Shown one piece after another: positions 20,111 to 30,100 of a DNA stretch of 64,000 nt (positions are counted from its first letter, which is position 1; every line of letters starts with the position of its first letter). The stretch is from contig JAUWYL010000001.1 in assembly GCA_030615855.1 (NCBI GenBank), positions 139,008-203,007 of the forward strand, in the 5' to 3' direction. Below the pieces are notes generated by a model. The model made no database searches and was not told the origin of the DNA. It saw only the letters and a program-made list of their open reading frames with translations. Source of the stretch: a bacterium (GTDB lineage: Bacteria; UBP18; UBA7526). The translations under genes and the position numbers were made by a program.

Positions 20111-21559
20111 ATGACAATAAGAAATAATCCTGGTTTTAAAGGGTTTCTTATCAGGCTTGGGGCCACGGTGGTGGCGGTAGTTTTGGTGATGTACCTGGCT
20201 AAGGTCTGGTTCATTGACCCGCGACTTGCTGTTTTAACTGCACAGAGGCCGGTGAGCGAACAAGTAGCCACGACCGTTAAGGCAGAGGAAAAAGCACTTA
20301 AGTCCGTTGTTAAAGTAGAAAAGAAAGAGATTAAACCCGTTTCCAAACCTCAACCACCGGCAGGCAAGGTAATCTCCTGGAAGGATGCTGCGAAGCACTA
20401 TGGGAAGTATGCAACAGTAGAAGGCAAGATTGTCCAGGCCTCTATTTCGAAAACAGGAAAGGTATGCTTCCTTAATTTTGATCCAGATTGGAAGCATACC
20501 TTCACAGCCATTATCTTCTCTAAACATTTCAATAAATTTCCAGCGAATCTAACGGATTACTACCAGGGAAAAAAAGTTCGTGTGACCGGTTACATTAAAG
20601 AGTACCGGGGGAAGGGAGGAAAGTACCCACCAAAACCGGAGATTATTTTAGAGGATCCGAGTCAAATAGAAATCGTGAAAGGCAAAGCCACCGGTCCCCC
20701 GGTTACCTTCGCTCCCACTGCCCAGGCACCAACTGTTGCGGCTCCGGCTGCCGGAGTGGCTCCCATATCGAGCATCACCCAGGCCTCAGTTGGCCAGAAG
20801 GCGACCTTAAAAGGAACCATAACCCTTGTCCGGGTTTTCAAGGAGGCGAAGGGCCGCACCTTAAAGATTAGCGATGGGACGGGAACCATAGATGTCTTAA
20901 TCTGGAAGAAACTCTACGAACAAATCCCGCAGAGAGCGAGTCTTAATCCCGGAACGTCCCTCCAGGTGAGTGGGAAGATCAAAAGTTACCAGGATAAGTT
21001 CCAGATAGAACCAGGGAATTCCTCAGATATCCAGATCGCGGCAAAACCAGTTTACAAAAAGATAGATACTGACGGGGATGGAGTCCCGGATACTTTTATT
21101 CTCAAAGGAGAAGCTAAAGAGAGTTCCGTTTCTCCATCTACTCCAGAACCCAAGATACCATCCAATCTTCTTAAGGCCACCTGTACTCGTATAGCTGATG
21201 GCGATACTATCACAGTAGCACTCAGTGATGGCTCAATAAAGAAAGTGCGGCTGGTGGGAATAGATACCCCAGAATGTTGGAGGAAAGAAGGTGGGCGTTG
21301 GGTCTCCGATCCTGAACCAGGAGGAAAAGAGGCCAGTGATTTTACAGAAAAAGAAGTGCTGGGTAAGACAGTATATCTTGATGTGGATGATGAAGAACCC
21401 GCGGATCACTATGGGCGCACGCTGGCTTTAGTTTATACTAACCTGTCCGATGCAAAGAAAGGTCCTCGTTACTCACTGAACGCAAAACTTCTCCAGAAGG
21501 GCCTTGCCAAGGTACTGTTTATACCACCCTCGGAATTTGACCCCTATTCGTGGGAATAG
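20111..21559 (+). CDS. membrane-anchored extracellular nuclease: two OB-fold-like modules plus C-terminal SNase (thermonuclease) domain
   Basis: C-terminal TRIADGDTITV...VRLVGIDTPE is a staphylococcal-nuclease signature. It shares the IDTDGDGVPDTFILKGE linker motif with the next gene. Confidence 0.6.
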   Translation: MTIRNNPGFKGFLIRLGATVVAVVLVMYLAKVWFIDPRLAVLTAQRPVSEQVATTVKAEEKALKSVVKVEKKEIKPVSKPQPPAGKVISWKDAAKHYGKYATVEGKIVQASISKTGKVCFLNFDPDWKHTFTAIIFSKHFNKFPANLTDYYQGKKVRVTGYIKEYRGKGGKYPPKPEIILEDPSQIEIVKGKATGPPVTFAPTAQAPTVAAPAAGVAPISSITQASVGQKATLKGTITLVRVFKEAKGRTLKISDGTGTIDVLIWKKLYEQIPQRASLNPGTSLQVSGKIKSYQDKFQIEPGNSSDIQIAAKPVYKKIDTDGDGVPDTFILKGEAKESSVSPSTPEPKIPSNLLKATCTRIADGDTITVALSDGSIKKVRLVGIDTPECWRKEGGRWVSDPEPGGKEASDFTEKEVLGKTVYLDVDDEEPADHYGRTLALVYTNLSDAKKGPRYSLNAKLLQKGLAKVLFIPPSEFDPYSWE

Positions 21560-21682
21560 CATGATAAGGTTGAAAGAGTGGAATATCGAGTAAAGGCTAC
21601 GTTATTATGAGTTCGGAGTTAACAGTTCGGGGTTCGGAGTTGTTGGGAGAGAAAAATAAATAACAAAAGCTACAATTCTTAT

Positions 21683-21716
21683 CGCAGGAGTCTTAAAAAG
21701 CTCTTGTTTTTATTTT
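21683..21716 (+). terminator. intrinsic terminator, degenerate member of the island-associated terminator repeat
   Basis: cgcaggagtcttaaaaagctcttgtttttatttt, preceded by agctacaattctt. Compare with 34931, 36298 and 40989. Confidence 0.5.
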
Positions 21717-21755
21717 AGGGCAGGATAGAAGAGAGTAATAAGACTTTTTTGGAGT

Positions 21756-22541
21756 TTGACGATGCAATTCTTACGTGATCGATTCTTAATATTAGCCGTG
21801 GTAGTTACGGCAACTGTCATTTCGGGAATGTTTATACTCCATAGACAGGTAAACAGGGGAATACAGCCCGATACAACTTCGGAAAGTGCTCCACCAGTGG
21901 CTCAGGTCCCTGCCCCTTCCCAAGAGCCGGTTCCCGTAAAATCTCCAGTAGTAGAAGAAAAATCGGTAGAGGTCGAGGTAGAGGAGATTGCTCCACCGTC
22001 CAAGACCCCCTCTTTGGTGATGGAGAAGATAGATACCGATGGGGATGGCATTCCCGATACCTTTGTTATTAAGGGAGAACCCAGAAAGAAACCTGTTTCT
22101 TTGACAAAGACTAAAACCAAAAAGCCCGATCTGCCTTCCAATCTGATAGAAGCCACCTGCATCAGGGTATCTGATGGGGATACCATTAAGGTGCGATTAG
22201 ATGACGACTCAGTGGAGAGTGTAAGGCTCTATGGAGTAGACTGCCCTGAGAAGCGACAGCCTTTCGGAAGAAGGGCAACGCAATTTACTAAAGATATGAT
22301 CTTGGGAGAAACAGTTAATATTAGCCCGGTCACTACTGACAAATACGGTAGGACTATTGCCTGGGTTTATGTTGATGGAGAATGCCTGGACAAAGAACTT
22401 CTTAAAGCCGGTTTAGCCTGGCACTACAAGAAGTATTCCCAGGAGAAAGAATTGGCCATACTTGAAGAGGAAGCGAGAGCGAAAAAGATTGGGTTATGGC
22501 AAGAACCCAATCCAACTCCACCCTGGGAATGGAGACATTAA
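21756..22541 (+). CDS. thermonuclease (SNase-like) secreted nuclease, paralog of upstream gene
   Basis: IRVSDGDTIKVRL...VRLYGVDCPE...YGRTIAWVYVDG. Confidence 0.7.
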   Translation: MTMQFLRDRFLILAVVVTATVISGMFILHRQVNRGIQPDTTSESAPPVAQVPAPSQEPVPVKSPVVEEKSVEVEVEEIAPPSKTPSLVMEKIDTDGDGIPDTFVIKGEPRKKPVSLTKTKTKKPDLPSNLIEATCIRVSDGDTIKVRLDDDSVESVRLYGVDCPEKRQPFGRRATQFTKDMILGETVNISPVTTDKYGRTIAWVYVDGECLDKELLKAGLAWHYKKYSQEKELAILEEEARAKKIGLWQEPNPTPPWEWRH

Positions 22542-22687
22542 AGATAAAGAAGATAAAAGGCTCTTTCTTTGCCCCCTAAAATTTCTGAACCGACTTATTT
22601 TCATTCTTCTTTTTATTACGTCCTAACCAAAGTTTTGCCCACAGAGTAACAAGGTTCTGCCCGTAGGGCAGGTTCTTATTTTTAAAT

Positions 22688-22730
22688 GCCCGCCTCTTCG
22701 CCTGCCTGTCGGCAGACAGGGCGGGTTTTT
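22688..22730 (+). terminator. intrinsic terminator containing the GCCTGCCTGTCGGCAGACAGGC palindrome
   Basis: gcccgcc...ggcgggttttt. This is a repeat module shared with 8810-8880. Confidence 0.6.
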
Positions 22731-22874
22731 GCTATAAGCAAAAAACATAAGAATTTGGAAATATGATGTTGAAATTTGCTATAAGGAAATAAAAGGAATC
22801 AAACGTAATTTTCCTTGACTTTTAGAGAGAAGTAGATTATACTGTAAAGTGAATTAACTTGACAGGGGAAAGAA

Positions 22875-23108
22875 ATGGAACTTTCTCAAAGGGTGAGGAC
22901 AAATCTTTTATTCGATTTCTATGGATCGCTATTGACTGAGAGACAGAAGAAGTTTGTCAAATTATACTTCTGTGAAGACCTTTCTTTGGGTGAGATCGCC
23001 CAGAGGTTTAGGATCTCTCGTCAGGCGGTCTATGATACCCTAAAGAAGGCCAGAGAGTCTTTAGAGAAGTATGAGAAGAAGTTGCACTTAACCCAGGAGG
23101 TAAGATAA
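22875..23108 (+). CDS. ylxM: YlxM/UPF0122 family putative DNA-binding protein
   Basis: [13 protein letters not shown]...[19 protein letters not shown] is sigma70-region4-like. ffh is absent between this gene and rpsP. Confidence 0.6.
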   Translation: MELSQRVRTNLLFDFYGSLLTERQKKFVKLYFCEDLSLGEIAQRFRISRQAVYDTLKKARESLEKYEKKLHLTQEVR

Positions 23109-23416
23109 TGGCAACGGTAATTAGATTGAAGAGGATGGGAACCAAGAAGAAGCCCTTCTATAGATTGGTGGTCACCGATTCCCGGAAGGCGGTGGTTGGA
23201 AAGTACATCGAGGCCCTGGGATACTATGACCCCAGGAAAGAGCCGGCAATAGTCAATATCAATGAAGAGAAGGCATTGGAGTGGTTGAAGAAGGGAGCAA
23301 AACCCTCGGATACTGTGAGGAGTCTCTTTCAAAGAGAGGGGATCTTGCCACGGAGAAGAGGGGAAAGTGGGAAAGTGAGAAAGTGGGAAAAAGAGATCAA
23401 TGCAAATGCAAAATAA
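23108..23416 (+). CDS. rpsP: 30S ribosomal protein S16
   Basis: [22 protein letters not shown]...EALGYYDP. Confidence 0.85.
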   Translation: MATVIRLKRMGTKKKPFYRLVVTDSRKAVVGKYIEALGYYDPRKEPAIVNINEEKALEWLKKGAKPSDTVRSLFQREGILPRRRGESGKVRKWEKEINANAK

Positions 23417-23553
23417 AAAGAGTATCAGATTACCAGAATACCAGATGGAGAGGGTCAGTTATCAGAGGGTCAGATTGAATCTGAAATCTGATTTCTGAAT
23501 TCTCATTCTGATACTCTGATGTTCTGATAATCTATGATTGAAGGAGGAGCGGG

Positions 23554-23787
23554 ATGAAGGAATTGATTGAGTATATTGCCAAGTCTTTGGTTGATGAAAA
23601 GGATAAGGTAGAGGTGAGTGAGATAGAAGAGGAAGGGGGGGTAACTGTCTTAGAGCTGCGCACTGCGCCTGAGGAACTGGGGAAGGTGATTGGAAAAAGG
23701 GGAAAGATAGCAAATGCCCTGCGCATCCTCCTGAATGCTGCAGCAGCCAAAGCGGACAAGAGGGCCATTCTGAAGATTACAGAATGA
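23554..23787 (+). CDS. KH-domain RNA-binding protein (YlqC-like)
   Basis: GKVIGKRGKIANALR is a KH GxxG motif. Its position between rpsP and rimM is conserved. Confidence 0.75.
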   Translation: MKELIEYIAKSLVDEKDKVEVSEIEEEGGVTVLELRTAPEELGKVIGKRGKIANALRILLNAAAAKADKRAILKITE

Positions 23788-23878
23788 AAGCCTAAATCTC
23801 ACGGGATTTAATTTCCAATACCCAATTTCTAATTTCCAATAAAAACTCAAATGTCAAATTAACAACCAGTGGGAAGGG

Positions 23879-24397
23879 ATGGTACAAAAAGAAAGTTTAG
23901 TAAATATTGGAAGGGTGGTTGCCACTCAGGGGAACAGGGGCGAGGTGAGGGTTATTTCCTTAACCGATTTTCCAGGTAGATTCCAAAATCTGAAGAAGGT
24001 CTATTTGATTCAAGAGGGGAAAGAACCCATTACCACAGAGGTAGAGAGGACCTGGCATCATAAGGGATTTATCATTTTAAAGATCAAAGGTTATGATAGT
24101 ATCAGCCTGGCAAAGGAACTAAAAGGTTCCTTCATTGCCATTCCCAAAGAAGAGAGAATAAAGCTAAAGAGGGACGAGTACTATATCGATGATCTTATCG
24201 GCCTGGAGGTAGAGAGTGATAAGGGGAAGAGATTGGGAAAGATTATTGATGTCATAAAAAATCCAGGCAACGACATCTACGTTGTGAGGAATGATAAGGA
24301 GCTATGGATTCCAGCAACAAAGGAAGTAATCAAAAGGATCGATTTAGAGAATAAGAAGATGACTATTCACATGATGGAGGGATTGGAGAGCCTGTGA
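23879..24397 (+). CDS. rimM: 16S rRNA processing protein RimM
   Basis: [17 protein letters not shown]-terminus and a PRC barrel at the C-terminus. Confidence 0.8.
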   Translation: MVQKESLVNIGRVVATQGNRGEVRVISLTDFPGRFQNLKKVYLIQEGKEPITTEVERTWHHKGFIILKIKGYDSISLAKELKGSFIAIPKEERIKLKRDEYYIDDLIGLEVESDKGKRLGKIIDVIKNPGNDIYVVRNDKELWIPATKEVIKRIDLENKKMTIHMMEGLESL

Positions 24398-25164
24398 GAA
24401 TCGACATCTTAACCCTCTTTCCCAACATGGTAAAAGGGCCTCTGAAAGAGAGCATATTGAAGAGGGCCCAGGAAAAGGGTTTGGTGAAGATAAACGTTTT
24501 AGATATTCGCTCCTTTACTCATGATAGACATAGGACAGCAGACGATGCTCCCTATGGTGGGGGAGCGGGAATGGTTTTGAAGCCAGAGCCCATATTTGAG
24601 GCCATGGAATCCATTAAATCAAAAATCAAAAATCAAAAATCAAAAATCAAAGTGATACTGATGACTCCTCAGGGGAAGAGGTTTGATCAGGGGATGGCAA
24701 AGGGATTAGCAAGAGAGAAACATCTGGTCTTTATCTGCGGCCACTATGAGGGAATAGACGAGAGAATAAAGAGAATGGTAACGGATGAGATATCCATCGG
24801 CGATTATGTCCTCACTGGCGGGGAATTAGCCGCCTTAGTAGTCATCGATGCCTTGGTTCGTCTCATTCCCGGGGTCTTGGGGAAGGAAGAGTCTATAATC
24901 TGTGACTCTTTCTATTCTGGTCTCCTGGACTATCCCCACTATACTAGGCCAGGGAAGTATCGGGGAATGAGAGTTCCCAAGGTACTTTTGAGCGGGGATC
25001 ATAAAAGAATCGCCAGATGGAGGAGAAAGGAAGCCCTGAGAAGGACACTAGAGAGGAGGCCGGACCTGTTAAAAGAAATCAAATTATCTAATGAGGATAA
25101 GAGGTTACTAAGAGAGATTAAAGGTCTCCGACCCAGAGGGGTCTCTGACCTGGAGGGAGAATAG
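24394..25164 (+). CDS. trmD: tRNA (guanine37-N1)-methyltransferase
   Basis: RIDILTLFP...YGGGAGMV...GDYVLTGGE. It contains an in-frame AAATCAA heptamer repeat (24616-24651). Confidence 0.85.
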   Translation: MRIDILTLFPNMVKGPLKESILKRAQEKGLVKINVLDIRSFTHDRHRTADDAPYGGGAGMVLKPEPIFEAMESIKSKIKNQKSKIKVILMTPQGKRFDQGMAKGLAREKHLVFICGHYEGIDERIKRMVTDEISIGDYVLTGGELAALVVIDALVRLIPGVLGKEESIICDSFYSGLLDYPHYTRPGKYRGMRVPKVLLSGDHKRIARWRRKEALRRTLERRPDLLKEIKLSNEDKRLLREIKGLRPRGVSDLEGE

Positions 25165-25168
25165 ATCT

Positions 25169-25432
25169 ATGGAGAAAGATTTCAGGCCTGGGGATAAGAT
25201 CAGGGTATATGTTAAGATTAAAGAGAAGGATAAAGAAAGGATCTCAGCCTTTGAGGGAGTAGTGATCAGGAAGAAGAGAGGGCTCCAGGGCTCTTTCACT
25301 GTGAGGAAGGTTTCCTACGGGATAGGGGTGGAGAGGACCTTTCCCCTCAATTCTCCGAGAATAGATAGGATCGAAGTTAAGAAAGAGGGCAAGGGGAGAA
25401 GGGCCCGGCTCTATTACCTGCGTAAAAAATAA
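25169..25432 (+). CDS. rplS: 50S ribosomal protein L19 (start may lie further upstream)
   Basis: [29 protein letters not shown]...YLRKK. Confidence 0.75.
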   Translation: MEKDFRPGDKIRVYVKIKEKDKERISAFEGVVIRKKRGLQGSFTVRKVSYGIGVERTFPLNSPRIDRIEVKKEGKGRRARLYYLRKK

Positions 25433-25435
25433 AAA

Positions 25436-26071
25436 ATGAGAAGAAAAAAATCTGTTTTAAAAGAATGGATAGAGGTAATCCTCACTGCCGTCTTCTTCTA
25501 TCTGGTTATTGTGACCTTTGTCATTCAGAGTTTTCATATCCCTTCTTCCAGCATGGAGCCTACCCTGAAGATAAAGGACAGGCTATTTGCCTGTAAATTC
25601 AGTTATGGGCTCTCCCTTCCCCTTACGGATAAGAAGGTCTTCCAGCGCCATCCCAAAAGGGGAGATGTCATCGTCTTTCGCTTTCCTGGGGATTCCTACC
25701 GCAGGCTCTCTATCAGGCTGATTGCTCCCGCCATTCGCATTCTGACCTTCAAGAGAATAAGCCCCGATCCTCACAAGGACTATATTAAAAGGGTCATCGG
25801 ACTTCCTGGGGAAATACTTGAGATTCGGGAAGGAAAGGTCTATATTGACGATAGACCCTTGAACGAGCCCTATGCCTTCCATACGGTAGAAGACCTCTCC
25901 TTAAATCATTATGGACCAGTAACAGTTCCTTTCGATTCCTACTTTATGATGGGAGATAATCGGGAACATTCAAGCGATTCTCGGGTCTGGGGATCCTTGG
26001 AAAGAAAATATATCAAGGGAAAGGCCCTATTCATCTACTGGCCACCCAATAGGATGGGGATAATTAGATGA
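25436..26071 (+). CDS. lepB: signal peptidase I
   Basis: SSMEPTL catalytic Ser region, GDVIVF, and the GDNREHSSDSR box. Confidence 0.8.
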   Translation: MRRKKSVLKEWIEVILTAVFFYLVIVTFVIQSFHIPSSSMEPTLKIKDRLFACKFSYGLSLPLTDKKVFQRHPKRGDVIVFRFPGDSYRRLSIRLIAPAIRILTFKRISPDPHKDYIKRVIGLPGEILEIREGKVYIDDRPLNEPYAFHTVEDLSLNHYGPVTVPFDSYFMMGDNREHSSDSRVWGSLERKYIKGKALFIYWPPNRMGIIR

Positions 26072-26667
26072 GAGACATGAGAAGATATGAGAGGAGGATG
26101 GGGAAGAAGGGCTATCGATTGATCGCTGGGGTGGATGAGGTAGGTCGGGGACCATTGGCTGGGCCAGTGGTGGCCTGTGTCCTCATTTTTCCTCCAGGAT
26201 GCCAGATCAGGGGTCTGGATAGTTCGAAGAGATTGAGCCCCAAGAAGAGGGAGGAGCTCTATCCCATAATTAGAGAGAAGGCCCTGGCCATCGGATTAGG
26301 CAGGGTGGGGGAGAGAAAGGTAGACGGAATAAATATCCTGAAAGCAACCCATCTTGCCATGAAGAGGGCCATCTCCCATCTGGGAGTCAAGCCGGACCTA
26401 TTACTGGTGGATGGGTTTGAAATTCCAGGAGTAAAGATTCCTCAAAAGGCAATAGTAAGAGGGGACGAGAAGAGCGCCTCCATCGCTGCTGCTTCAATTA
26501 TTGCCAAAGTCACCAGAGATAAATTGCTGCTAAAATACCATGAGAGGCATCCAGAGTATGGCTTCCACCGTCACAAAGGCTATGGAACCAAAAGACACCT
26601 AAAAGCCCTGAAGGAGCATGGTCCTTCTCGAATCCATAGAAAGACCTTCGCAAGGGTAAAAGCGTGA
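26068..26667 (+). CDS. rnhB: ribonuclease HII
   Basis: AGVDEVGRGPLAGPVV...DSK. Confidence 0.85.
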   Translation: MRDMRRYERRMGKKGYRLIAGVDEVGRGPLAGPVVACVLIFPPGCQIRGLDSSKRLSPKKREELYPIIREKALAIGLGRVGERKVDGINILKATHLAMKRAISHLGVKPDLLLVDGFEIPGVKIPQKAIVRGDEKSASIAAASIIAKVTRDKLLLKYHERHPEYGFHRHKGYGTKRHLKALKEHGPSRIHRKTFARVKA

Positions 26668-27047
26668 CCAGAGAGAGACAAATACTTGGTGAGTTAGGGG
26701 AAGAGGCAGCCTTCGAGTTCTTAAGGAAGAAAGGATACCGTATATTAGAGAGAAATTACAAGACCCCTTTGGGTGAGATAGATATCATTGCCCAAGACAG
26801 GGAACAGTTGGTCTTTGTTGAGGTGAAGTCTCTATCCGACACCAGTTACATCCTTCCCCAGGAGATGGTGAATAAAAAAAAGCAGGAGCAGATAATAAGA
26901 GTTGCCCTATCCTATCTCAAGGCAAAGGGCCTCAAGAGTGCCGACTGCCGGTTTGACTGCGTGGCGGTCGTCTTCTCATTAGGCAATGAGCCAGAGATAG
27001 AACTCATCAAGGATGCCTTTCAATCAGACGATAGATACCTCTATTGA
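26664..27047 (+). CDS. yraN: YraN/UPF0102 family endonuclease
   Basis: GEIDIIAQDREQLVFVEVK motif. The rnhB-yraN-comM synteny is conserved. Confidence 0.7.
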   Translation: MTRERQILGELGEEAAFEFLRKKGYRILERNYKTPLGEIDIIAQDREQLVFVEVKSLSDTSYILPQEMVNKKKQEQIIRVALSYLKAKGLKSADCRFDCVAVVFSLGNEPEIELIKDAFQSDDRYLY

Positions 27048-27075
27048 GAATAGTAACCAGTATTCTGTGATAATT

Positions 27076-27117
27076 GGTTTACGGTTAACGGTGTACGGTG
27101 TACGGTAAACGGTCAAC
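27076..27117. repeat. 6 x 7-nt tandem repeat GGTNNAC
   Basis: ggtttac ggttaac ggtgtac ggtgtac ggtaaac ggtcaac. Confidence 0.85.
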
Positions 27118-27134
27118 AACCGAAGGGAGGATAG

Positions 27135-27998
27135 ATGATGGGATTAGCCAAGGTCTATAGTAGTGCAGTACTGGGAATAGATGCCTATTCCGTAGAGGTG
27201 GAGGTAGATATTGCCAAAGGACTTCCCTCATTCAATACCGTGGGTCTCCCCGATGTGGCAGTGAAGGAGTCCAAAGACAGGGTGAAGGCAGCAATAAAGA
27301 ACTCAGACTTTAAATTCCCGACAAAGAGAATCACTGTCAACCTTGCTCCGGCGGATGTTAAGAAAGAAGGCTCTTTATTCGATCTACCCATTGCTTTGGG
27401 AATCTTAGCGGCCACTGGGCAGATTGAGAAGGCGGAATTCAAAAAATATGTTATCTTGGGAGAATTATCCCTGGATGGAGGGATACGCTCCATCCCTGGT
27501 GCCCTGCCCATTGCTCTGGCCGGTCAAAAAGAAGGGAGAGAGGGAATTATTCTTCCTCTGGATAATAGGGCAGAGGCAGCGGTAGTAAAGGGTCTAAATG
27601 TCTATCCTGTGGAGAACCTCTCCCAGACAGTAGATTTCTTAGCGGGAAAGACAGAGATTGAACCCTTCTCCTTAGATTTAGAAGGAGTCTTTGAGAGAGG
27701 GAGAGAATATAAGGTGGATTTTACAGATGTCAAGGGACAGGAACATGCCAAGCGGGCCCTGGAGGTGGCGGCAGCCGGAGGGCACAATGTAATCATGATC
27801 GGTCCTCCGGGCTCAGGGAAGACCATGCTTGCCCGGAGATTTCCTACCATTCTTCCTGATATGACTCTGGAAGAAGCCCTGGAGACAACAAAGATTCATT
27901 CCATCGCTGGCCTTGTGCCTCCTCAGACAGCACTCATCGCCACCCGCCCCTTCAGGAGCCCCCATCATACGGCATCAGATATTGCACTGTTACAATAG
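27135..27998 (+). pseudogene. comM: comM/yifB (Mg-chelatase-like competence ATPase), 5' portion truncated by element insertion
   Basis: N-terminus LAKVYSSAVLGIDAY.VEVEVD...GLPDVAVKESKDRV and the GPPGSGKT Walker A box are present. The ORF ends at ...RSPHHTASDIALLQ-stop, where intact ComM continues LIGGG...IPRPGE. Confidence 0.8.
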
Positions 27999-28002
27999 GG
28001 GG
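27994..28002. repeat. left junction copy of AATAGGGGG (candidate att core / flanking direct repeat)
   Basis: Identical 9-mer at 46477-46485. Splicing the flanks restores the comM reading frame D-I-A-L-I-G-G-G. Confidence 0.5.
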
Positions 28003-28055
28003 TAAGGTAGAAAAGGTAGAATATCGCATAGAAGCTACATTCTGATGGCGCTTAT
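27998..28055. repeat. island repeat unit copy 1 (GGGGTAAGGTAGAAAAGGTAGAATATCGCATAGAAGCTACATT), abutting the left junction
   Basis: Related copies at 34872-34966, 36246-36336 and 40932-41024. Confidence 0.6.
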
Positions 28056-28246
28056 TGTTACTATATGGTTAGTCAGCACAAAAACTTGACAAAATAGCAA
28101 AAGTGTATTATAATATAAATAACAAATAAAACTTGACAAAGTGTAAAAACCGTGATATGTTATAGGCCACGGGAGTAATTTCCAATAAAACAAGGATTGA
28201 AACTAGGAAAATCTACATTAATAATTATGGTAAGTAGAGGAAAAAC

Positions 28247-29104
28247 ATGAGGCGAGATATACTCTATTTTGGTGCCCCTGATAGTTTCACGCATATAGCT
28301 GCACTGAAAAGATTTGGTCCAAAGTATGACTATAAATCTTACTGGGCTATAGAAAAACTATTTGATGTTATTTTGGCAAATCCTACTAATATAATGGTAG
28401 TGCCTATTGAAAATAGTACTGGTGGAACAGTTCAACGTACTGCTGACGAATTAGTAAGTGATAAATTCGGAAATAGTGATTTGCGTATTCATGAACAACT
28501 GGAATCAAACATAGTTTTGAATTTAATAGGCCGCGAAAAGAATTTATCAAGTCTTAGAAAGATATACTCACATTCATATGCACTTAGATATTGTGAAGAC
28601 TGGTTAAAGGAGACTTTGCCAAACGCAGAAATGATTTTAGTAAATAGTACTTCGGAAGCGGCTATACGTGCAAAAAATAACCGAAAATCTGGTGCAATTA
28701 GTAGCACAAAAGCAGCAAAAACGTATAATTTGAAAATAATAAAAAGGAATATTAGCAAAAACAAAGCAGTTAATGTTACAAAGTTTTATGTTATAAAGAA
28801 AACAGGTAAGAATATTCTAAAACAAAGCAACAGGACTTCCGTTGCTTTTTCCTTGAAAGATAGAATTGGTGCCCTATGCGATGTCCTTGGGATATTGGCC
28901 AATAAAAAAATTAATTTAACTCGAATCATATCTTGTCTCAAATATGACAGTTCAAATAGGAATAAAAAATTAGATAAATATGCATTTCTTATAGAACTCG
29001 AAGGTAATATAGCCCAACAGAAAGTAAAAATAGCTCTTGATGAGTTACAAAGAGCTACCTTGGCTATGCATATTTTAGGTTCCTACCCCACAAGAAAACT
29101 TTAA
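28247..29104 (+). CDS. prephenate dehydratase-like protein (PDT domain + ACT domain), divergent
   Basis: YFGAPDSFTHIAALKRFG...VVPIENSTGGTV and IYSHSYALRYC are PDT-like. VAFSLKDRIGALCDVLGILANKKINLTRI is ACT-like. The TRF motif reads TKF and ESRP is not conserved. Very AT-rich. Confidence 0.55.
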   Translation: MRRDILYFGAPDSFTHIAALKRFGPKYDYKSYWAIEKLFDVILANPTNIMVVPIENSTGGTVQRTADELVSDKFGNSDLRIHEQLESNIVLNLIGREKNLSSLRKIYSHSYALRYCEDWLKETLPNAEMILVNSTSEAAIRAKNNRKSGAISSTKAAKTYNLKIIKRNISKNKAVNVTKFYVIKKTGKNILKQSNRTSVAFSLKDRIGALCDVLGILANKKINLTRIISCLKYDSSNRNKKLDKYAFLIELEGNIAQQKVKIALDELQRATLAMHILGSYPTRKL

Positions 29105-29325
29105 CTGAAAAACAATAATGTAGATGTGGTTACATCTTGACAGCTTTGGCAAGAATATAAATTTTCTTAAAGATATACCTCTCCAAAAATCAGAAGCCCC
29201 TACTCTTCAGAGGGTTCTTTTTATGCCAAAAATCTTTAATAATCCCCGCCAACTCAGGTGGGTTATTTTTTTGTTGAAATGAAATCTTTTTCAATTTACC
29301 GACGAAGAAGGCACAGAAAAAAGTC

Positions 29326-29354
29326 TTGACAAATCAAATATCGTAGTTTATACT
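29326..29354 (+). promoter_or_regulatory. sigma70-like promoter TTGACA-17-TATACT for the 204-aa orphan gene
   Basis: TTGACA at 29326-29331 and TATACT at 29349-29354, followed by SD AAGGAGG and ATG at 29376. Confidence 0.55.
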
Positions 29355-29375
29355 ATAATCAAAAGGAGGCAAAAG

Positions 29376-29990
29376 ATGGCTAAGTTGCCGTTTCCACAAT
29401 TTCTAAGTCGTTATGGAATCAAACTTCTCTTTACTGCTACTCCGGACGTGGTGCCGGGTACGATCATAGACAAGAGAAAGAAAGGGTTCTTCGGCATTGG
29501 AACCCTTAAACAAGTTCTGGGAGGAGGCCCGGCAAAGTGGGCGACCAAACTTCAACCGGGAAATTTGGTCTATGGCACAATAGAACGGGCTCTTAGTCTT
29601 AAAGGCAAAGCGAGCCTAAACGAGTTCGGTGTGGCAATCAGCGGTGGTCTCAGACGCGCACGGTCTGTTACTTTTGAAATCACGGGCGTCAAAGTTCGAA
29701 CATTCAAAACGCAGAGTATGATTACGATATCACCTGCACTCCACAAGCTTCGCAAGTCGAACAAGCAACTTTGGAAAATGGTAAATAATAATTGGATTGC
29801 GGATTATGTTTATTATGCCAGCGAAGCAACGGTGAAGTTCTTCGTTAACGGGGGAGTGAACCTCAAAGCGGATATCCAGAATCGTTTGAAAGTGTCGGGA
29901 GAGGCAGGGGTTCAATGGAAATCCAATCGCAGCTTCACGATAACAAATAACCAAGAAGTACCTTTCGGTTTTAGCGGCTGGAAAGTTTAA
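29376..29990 (+). CDS. hypothetical beta-rich protein, compositionally distinct (GC ~47%, CGN Arg codons)
   Basis: Own promoter and own terminator. Segments with alternating hydrophobic/polar residues (SVTFEITGVKVRTFK, ATVKFFVNGGVNLKAD) suggest amphipathic beta-hairpins. No family recognised. Confidence 0.4.
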   Translation: MAKLPFPQFLSRYGIKLLFTATPDVVPGTIIDKRKKGFFGIGTLKQVLGGGPAKWATKLQPGNLVYGTIERALSLKGKASLNEFGVAISGGLRRARSVTFEITGVKVRTFKTQSMITISPALHKLRKSNKQLWKMVNNNWIADYVYYASEATVKFFVNGGVNLKADIQNRLKVSGEAGVQWKSNRSFTITNNQEVPFGFSGWKV

Positions 29991-30100
29991 GGTTGGTTGC
30001 ACACCTTATCGTCATTCGTTTGTCGGTTACGGTTTTTGACGAACTACGTAACCCCTAAACGAAACGGGCGTCCTGACCGTATTGCGTATAACGAGCAATG

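Noticed and set aside
25169-25432. rplS flagged as truncated or pseudogene because the ORF is only 87 aa
   Set aside because: The upstream in-frame sequence has no stop back to the trmD end, and a non-ATG start is plausible. The core L19 sequence is intact.
29376-29990. Calling the 204-aa orphan a bacterial gasdermin
   Set aside because: Only a vague amphipathic beta pattern supports it. The length is shorter than known bGSDMs, there is no N-terminal Cys, and no adjacent protease. Kept as unknown.
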